This document shows positions 60,596 through 64,000 of a stretch of 64,000 bases of DNA, in pieces. Every line of letters starts with the position of its first letter. Positions within the stretch are counted from its first letter, which is position 1. The stretch is from NCBI GenBank assembly GCA_963662285.2, contig CAXXMV010000006.1:256001-320000 (forward strand), in the 5' to 3' direction. Both the position numbers and the translations under genes were made by a program. The notes under the pieces are model-generated. The model saw only the letters and a list, made by a program, of their open reading frames with translations. It ran no database searches and was not told the DNA's origin. This DNA is from a bacterium. GTDB lineage: Bacteria > Hinthialibacterota > Hinthialibacteria > Hinthialibacterales > Hinthialibacteraceae.

Positions 60596-61293
60596 ATCCA
60601 GAACTGACCATTAACGGAGGAGAAATAAACAGAAAACGAGTAGGTCCTTTTGGTCCAGCAAGCGCATTGCTGCCATATAACCAAGAACCACTGATCCTAA
60701 ATGAATTAACTCCATCTAGCGATACGCTTGAGCTTATGATCGATAACCGTTATTCGCAAATCCCCGTTAAGAATGATGAAGGCACTATAACAGGTGTTTT
60801 TACTTGGCAATCATTTGGGAAGCGTGTTGCCGATCTTCAAGCAATCAAAATAAAACCAACAGATCTACCGATCCGCGATGCAATGGAACCAGCAAACTTC
60901 ATCGATCCTGATGTTTATATCGATACGGAAACGGATTGGGGAAATCTTGATTATGTTCTTGTTGGAACAGCAGATGATCTTATCGGAATACTATGCATTT
61001 CCGATGTTCTTGGAAGACTGAATGATTTCGCCGAAGCCTTTGTTCTTTTATATGAGTTAGAACATGAAATTCGCGACTTGATACGGGATGTGTACAACGA
61101 TAACGAGTTGAGCGACGTATTAGAATCGTTAACCGAATCCGTAAATCGAGATGCAATAGAAATTGAAAAAGATCTACGAAAACTAATTGAAGAAGGACAA
61201 AAAAATAAGGCCATTGGAAAAGCCATAAAAGTTTTACGTAAATACAAGCGGGAAAACTCCAGAAACCACCATGAATGCCCAGTTGGTCACTGA
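60592..61293 (+). CDS. CBS domain protein, probably C-terminally truncated
   Basis: LELMIDNRYSQIPV......GVFTW, VLVG.....GIL..SD; the last residues read through Mrr-derived DNA. Confidence 0.7.
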   Translation: MNPELTINGGEINRKRVGPFGPASALLPYNQEPLILNELTPSSDTLELMIDNRYSQIPVKNDEGTITGVFTWQSFGKRVADLQAIKIKPTDLPIRDAMEPANFIDPDVYIDTETDWGNLDYVLVGTADDLIGILCISDVLGRLNDFAEAFVLLYELEHEIRDLIRDVYNDNELSDVLESLTESVNRDAIEIEKDLRKLIEEGQKNKAIGKAIKVLRKYKRENSRNHHECPVGH

Positions 61294-61858
61294 GATCAAA
61301 CGGGCCAAAGCTAGTGGTGACCCAGGACGTTTTATACGTTTATCTCCCGGTTTTTATGGCCTTATAAAATGGATAGGTACAGGACTTCCATATCAGATAT
61401 CAAATCATAATCGTGAGGTACGTAAAAAACTAATCTCTCAACTTATGGCATTAAATCCATCTAAGTTTGAAGAGATTATCGGGCAGTTATTGGCTGAAAT
61501 GGGCTTTGAAAGCATTGAGGTAACCAAATACGGCGGCAATGGCGGTATTGATGTTCGTGGTACTTTGCAGATCGGTGATGTTATCCGTATAAAAATGGCA
61601 GTTCAGGTAAAACGATGGAAAAATAATATTCAGAGTCCAACTGTTCAGCAGGTTCGTGGTAGTCTTGGTGCACACGAGCAAGGTTTGATTATTACCACGA
61701 GCAAATTCAGTTCAGGCGCCGTCAAGGAAGCTAATCAATCAGACAAAACTCCAGTAGCACTCATGAATGGAGATCAGCTGGTTACCCTCCTAATGGAATA
61801 CTGTATCGGTGTAAAACGTATGACTCATGATTTATTTGAACTTGATAATGGTTTTTGA
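61271..61858 (+). CDS. mrr: Mrr-family restriction endonuclease with truncated N-terminal HARE-HTH
   Basis: FEEII..LL..MGF, GGIDV, VQVKRW, GLIITTSKFS..A, LMNGDQL; upstream in-frame TSGKTPETT. Confidence 0.8.
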   Translation: MNAQLVTEIKRAKASGDPGRFIRLSPGFYGLIKWIGTGLPYQISNHNREVRKKLISQLMALNPSKFEEIIGQLLAEMGFESIEVTKYGGNGGIDVRGTLQIGDVIRIKMAVQVKRWKNNIQSPTVQQVRGSLGAHEQGLIITTSKFSSGAVKEANQSDKTPVALMNGDQLVTLLMEYCIGVKRMTHDLFELDNGF

Positions 61859-62018
61859 CATACTAAAGCGTAAGAATAAATTGAGATTTAATCAAACTAT
61901 ATCTGATCCGGTCAGTTCTCTGCATATTCCAATGAAATCCTTATATTCGTTCTCGATAATCCAATCGTTCGTTCTCACCATTTCAGTGATAGTTCATCCA
62001 AAAAGTGAACAGATGGAC

Positions 62019-62075
62019 AAAAAAAAGGGCTATCCACTGCGAATAGCCCTAAAAAACGAACGGCGTTCGTTTTTT
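62019..62075. terminator. Double hairpin, probable terminator between convergent genes
   Basis: A-tract + AGGGCTAT..ATAGCCCT, then AAAAAACGAAC-GGC-GTTCGTTTTTT. Confidence 0.7.
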
Positions 62076-62077
62076 GA

Positions 62078-62857
62078 TCAAGCAACAACCTTAGTTTTCG
62101 TTTTGGAATTGAGACGTTCTTGAAGAAGATAGTTATAGTATAAATTTACAATTTGAGCGTTACTTTCATTATTGACAATATCTTTTTTCTCAAACTGAAA
62201 AGTATCCTTCAAGAATTTTTCTAATTCCGTCTTAAACTCAAAGTTACTAAATTGAATCAGTTTTTCGTCTGGGTCATCTCTTTTACCCAAATTAACTACA
62301 TGTTTTTTTTCTTGATGCCAAAATAAAATGTTCCCATATTTCGCAGAATGAGAAAATCCGGCTGAATCGGCTGAATCGGGTTGGCAATCATTAAGCAGTT
62401 CTTCATCTAACGTTCCAAATAAGTGAATTTTAACATTTGGGTATTCTGTTCGCGATTTTTCACAAATCTCCTTCATCGCTTTCACATTGGATCCAATTGC
62501 TACGTATTCATACCCTTTGTCCGCATATATCTTGAATTCTTCATAGGATTTATCGAAACTGTGAAGAACTGGGATCAACTTTTTACCAGAATTTTCAACA
62601 ATTTTTTCAATAAAGCGAAGATTTTTCTGGTTATGCTCTGTATCCTCGAAGTCGTCATCCAAATTGAAATAGTGATCAAACTTGCTTCCAAATAGTTTTA
62701 AGTATTGAGCATATTCACCAACTTTCACACGGCATTTATTCTGATTGACTGAATATGCTCCAGAATCAAGGTACAGTTCATTCATCATTTTTCGATAATC
62801 ATCAACTAACTTCGATGCATTCCCCTTCAAGTACGGATACGAGATCAAATAATTCAT
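62078..62857 (-). CDS. TGT/DpdA-like base-exchange (transglycosylase-fold) protein
   Basis: YLDSGAYS, YFNLDD, IPVLH, YVAIGS, IHLFG, DSADS motifs in the order seen in tRNA-guanine transglycosylase-like proteins. Confidence 0.65.
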   Translation of the reverse strand: MNYLISYPYLKGNASKLVDDYRKMMNELYLDSGAYSVNQNKCRVKVGEYAQYLKLFGSKFDHYFNLDDDFEDTEHNQKNLRFIEKIVENSGKKLIPVLHSFDKSYEEFKIYADKGYEYVAIGSNVKAMKEICEKSRTEYPNVKIHLFGTLDEELLNDCQPDSADSAGFSHSAKYGNILFWHQEKKHVVNLGKRDDPDEKLIQFSNFEFKTELEKFLKDTFQFEKKDIVNNESNAQIVNLYYNYLLQERLNSKTKTKVVA

Positions 62858-62859
62858 TT

Positions 62860-64000
62860 GTAACAGGTCAGCCGTATGAAGTAAATATTGGATATTTTGC
62901 TTCTTTCAGTAAGAGAGAGAGGCGAATTCAGAAATAAATTACACTGACCGTTACTTCCATAGGGTCTCAGAAGTTAGTTAAATATGGAAGTGACACGAAA
63001 CGATACAGCCCATCAAATCATCCTCGAGCTGCTGAGTTTAGGAACAGCACTCCCGGAGGAAAAAGCGAGATCACTCGCGAAAAAGCTTTTAGCCGAGGGC
63101 GAAGAAGCAGTAACATTTCTTTTGCTCGAAATCGCGATGCGAGTGAAGGAAACCAAACCGTCCCCTTCGACTCCCTCCGGAATGATTCCTCCTTACGAAA
63201 AAGAATCTCCCAAAACGAATAAGAAAAAGAGGAAGAAGAAACCTGGTGGTAAACCCGGTCATCGAGGCTCACACCGTTCCCTACCCGAAAAGATCGACCA
63301 CCAGAAAGCGCATCGGCTGGATCGGTGTCCCGATTGCGGTGGCTCTCTCCAGCGATGCGACGGCGAGCAGAGTACCCGCTCGCGCTTCATCGAAGACATC
63401 CCCGACAACATACAACCAGAAGTGACGGAACATATCATTCATCGGGATTATTGTCCTCACTGCCGGAAACACGTTGAACCCAAAATCGAGACCGCCTTGC
63501 CAAGGGCGGCTATCGGCAATAGATTACTATGCCTGACGGCCTATTGGCATTACGCTTTGGGAATGACGATTTCACAAATTCTGGACACCCTCAATTTCCA
63601 CTTACATTTCAAGTTGAGCAAAGGAGGTTTAATTCAAAAATGGCATCAACTCCGCCTCATCTTGTTGATCTGGTATGAAATCTTGGCCGAAGAGATTCAA
63701 AACTCGGCCGTGTTACATGCCGATGAAACCGGCTGGCGGGTGGATGGGAAAACGCATTGGCTGTGGTGTTTCACCAACGATCACACGACATTTTACATGG
63801 TGGATCACAGCCGGGGCAGTCCGGCCCTGAAACGATTTTTCAAGGAGGCGTTCGACGGAATTTTGGTCACCGATTTTTGGGCGGCTTACGACGCAATTGC
63901 GTGCGGAGAACGACAGTTCTGTTTGGTGCATCTCCTTCGCGAATTGGAAAAGGTTAACGTTCGCAATTCATCGGAGGCGTGGAAGGCGTTTTCCAAAAAG
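62860..64000 (+). mobile_element. IS66-family element, left part (runs off the window)
   Basis: Starts GTAACAGGTCAG (IS66 ends begin GTAA) and is followed by an IS66 transposase ORF. Confidence 0.75.
62984..64000 (+). CDS. IS66-family transposase (partial, absent from the ORF track because it has no stop in the window)
   Basis: Open frame from ATG 62984: PSTPSG, KPGGKPGH.G, CPDCG..CPHC, LHADETGW, LVTDFWAAY, QFCLVHLLREL. Confidence 0.9.
   Translation, partial: MEVTRNDTAHQIILELLSLGTALPEEKARSLAKKLLAEGEEAVTFLLLEIAMRVKETKPSPSTPSGMIPPYEKESPKTNKKKRKKKPGGKPGHRGSHRSLPEKIDHQKAHRLDRCPDCGGSLQRCDGEQSTRSRFIEDIPDNIQPEVTEHIIHRDYCPHCRKHVEPKIETALPRAAIGNRLLCLTAYWHYALGMTISQILDTLNFHLHFKLSKGGLIQKWHQLRLILLIWYEILAEEIQNSAVLHADETGWRVDGKTHWLWCFTNDHTTFYMVDHSRGSPALKRFFKEAFDGILVTDFWAAYDAIACGERQFCLVHLLRELEKVNVRNSSEAWKAFSKK

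Larger units (their letters stand above)
27901..64000. mobile_element. Integrated element / genomic island at tRNA-Arg (right end outside the window or not found)
   Basis: Integrase abutting the tRNA 3' end, replication and defence cargo, IS elements, more AT-rich composition, and no REPs seen past 22.2 kb. Confidence 0.85.

Noticed and set aside
62860-62954. Independent 95-bp IS66-derived MITE
   Set aside because: The flanks (ATTCATTT versus TTCCATAG) show no target duplication; treated as part of the IS66 left end
27870-64000. Second att copy (tRNA 3' duplication)
   Set aside because: None found by eye in the window, so the right boundary is not called

Overview
Bacterial chromosomal window with two parts. 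Positions 1-27.9 kb are host backbone: a flagellar fliF-fliG-(NDT)-fliH-fliI-fliJ segment, argS, oxidoreductases, glycosyltransferases and secreted proteins, with three families of REP-like palindromes in the intergenic spaces. From tRNA-Arg(TCT) at 27827-27900 to the window end lies a more AT-rich integrated element of more than 36 kb. It carries two divergent replication modules. The leftward one is hypothetical / TOPRIM primase-helicase / family A polymerase / xis-like / tyrosine integrase, behind a consensus sigma54 promoter. The rightward one is a 1514-aa AEP primase + Fe-S SF2 helicase + family A polymerase fusion, followed by an RHH regulator and two DUF669-like proteins. Between and around them are a degenerate sigma54-type AAA+ regulator, two 40-bp iteron-like palindromes of identical architecture, tandem NrdR-like boxes and an IS with TIRs and a 6-bp TSD. 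The cargo is a DISARM-like helicase/SNF2/methylase cassette, DUF3883, CBS and Mrr genes, a TGT/DpdA-like gene and an IS66 running off the edge. All calls rest on motif reading only; no database searches were run.
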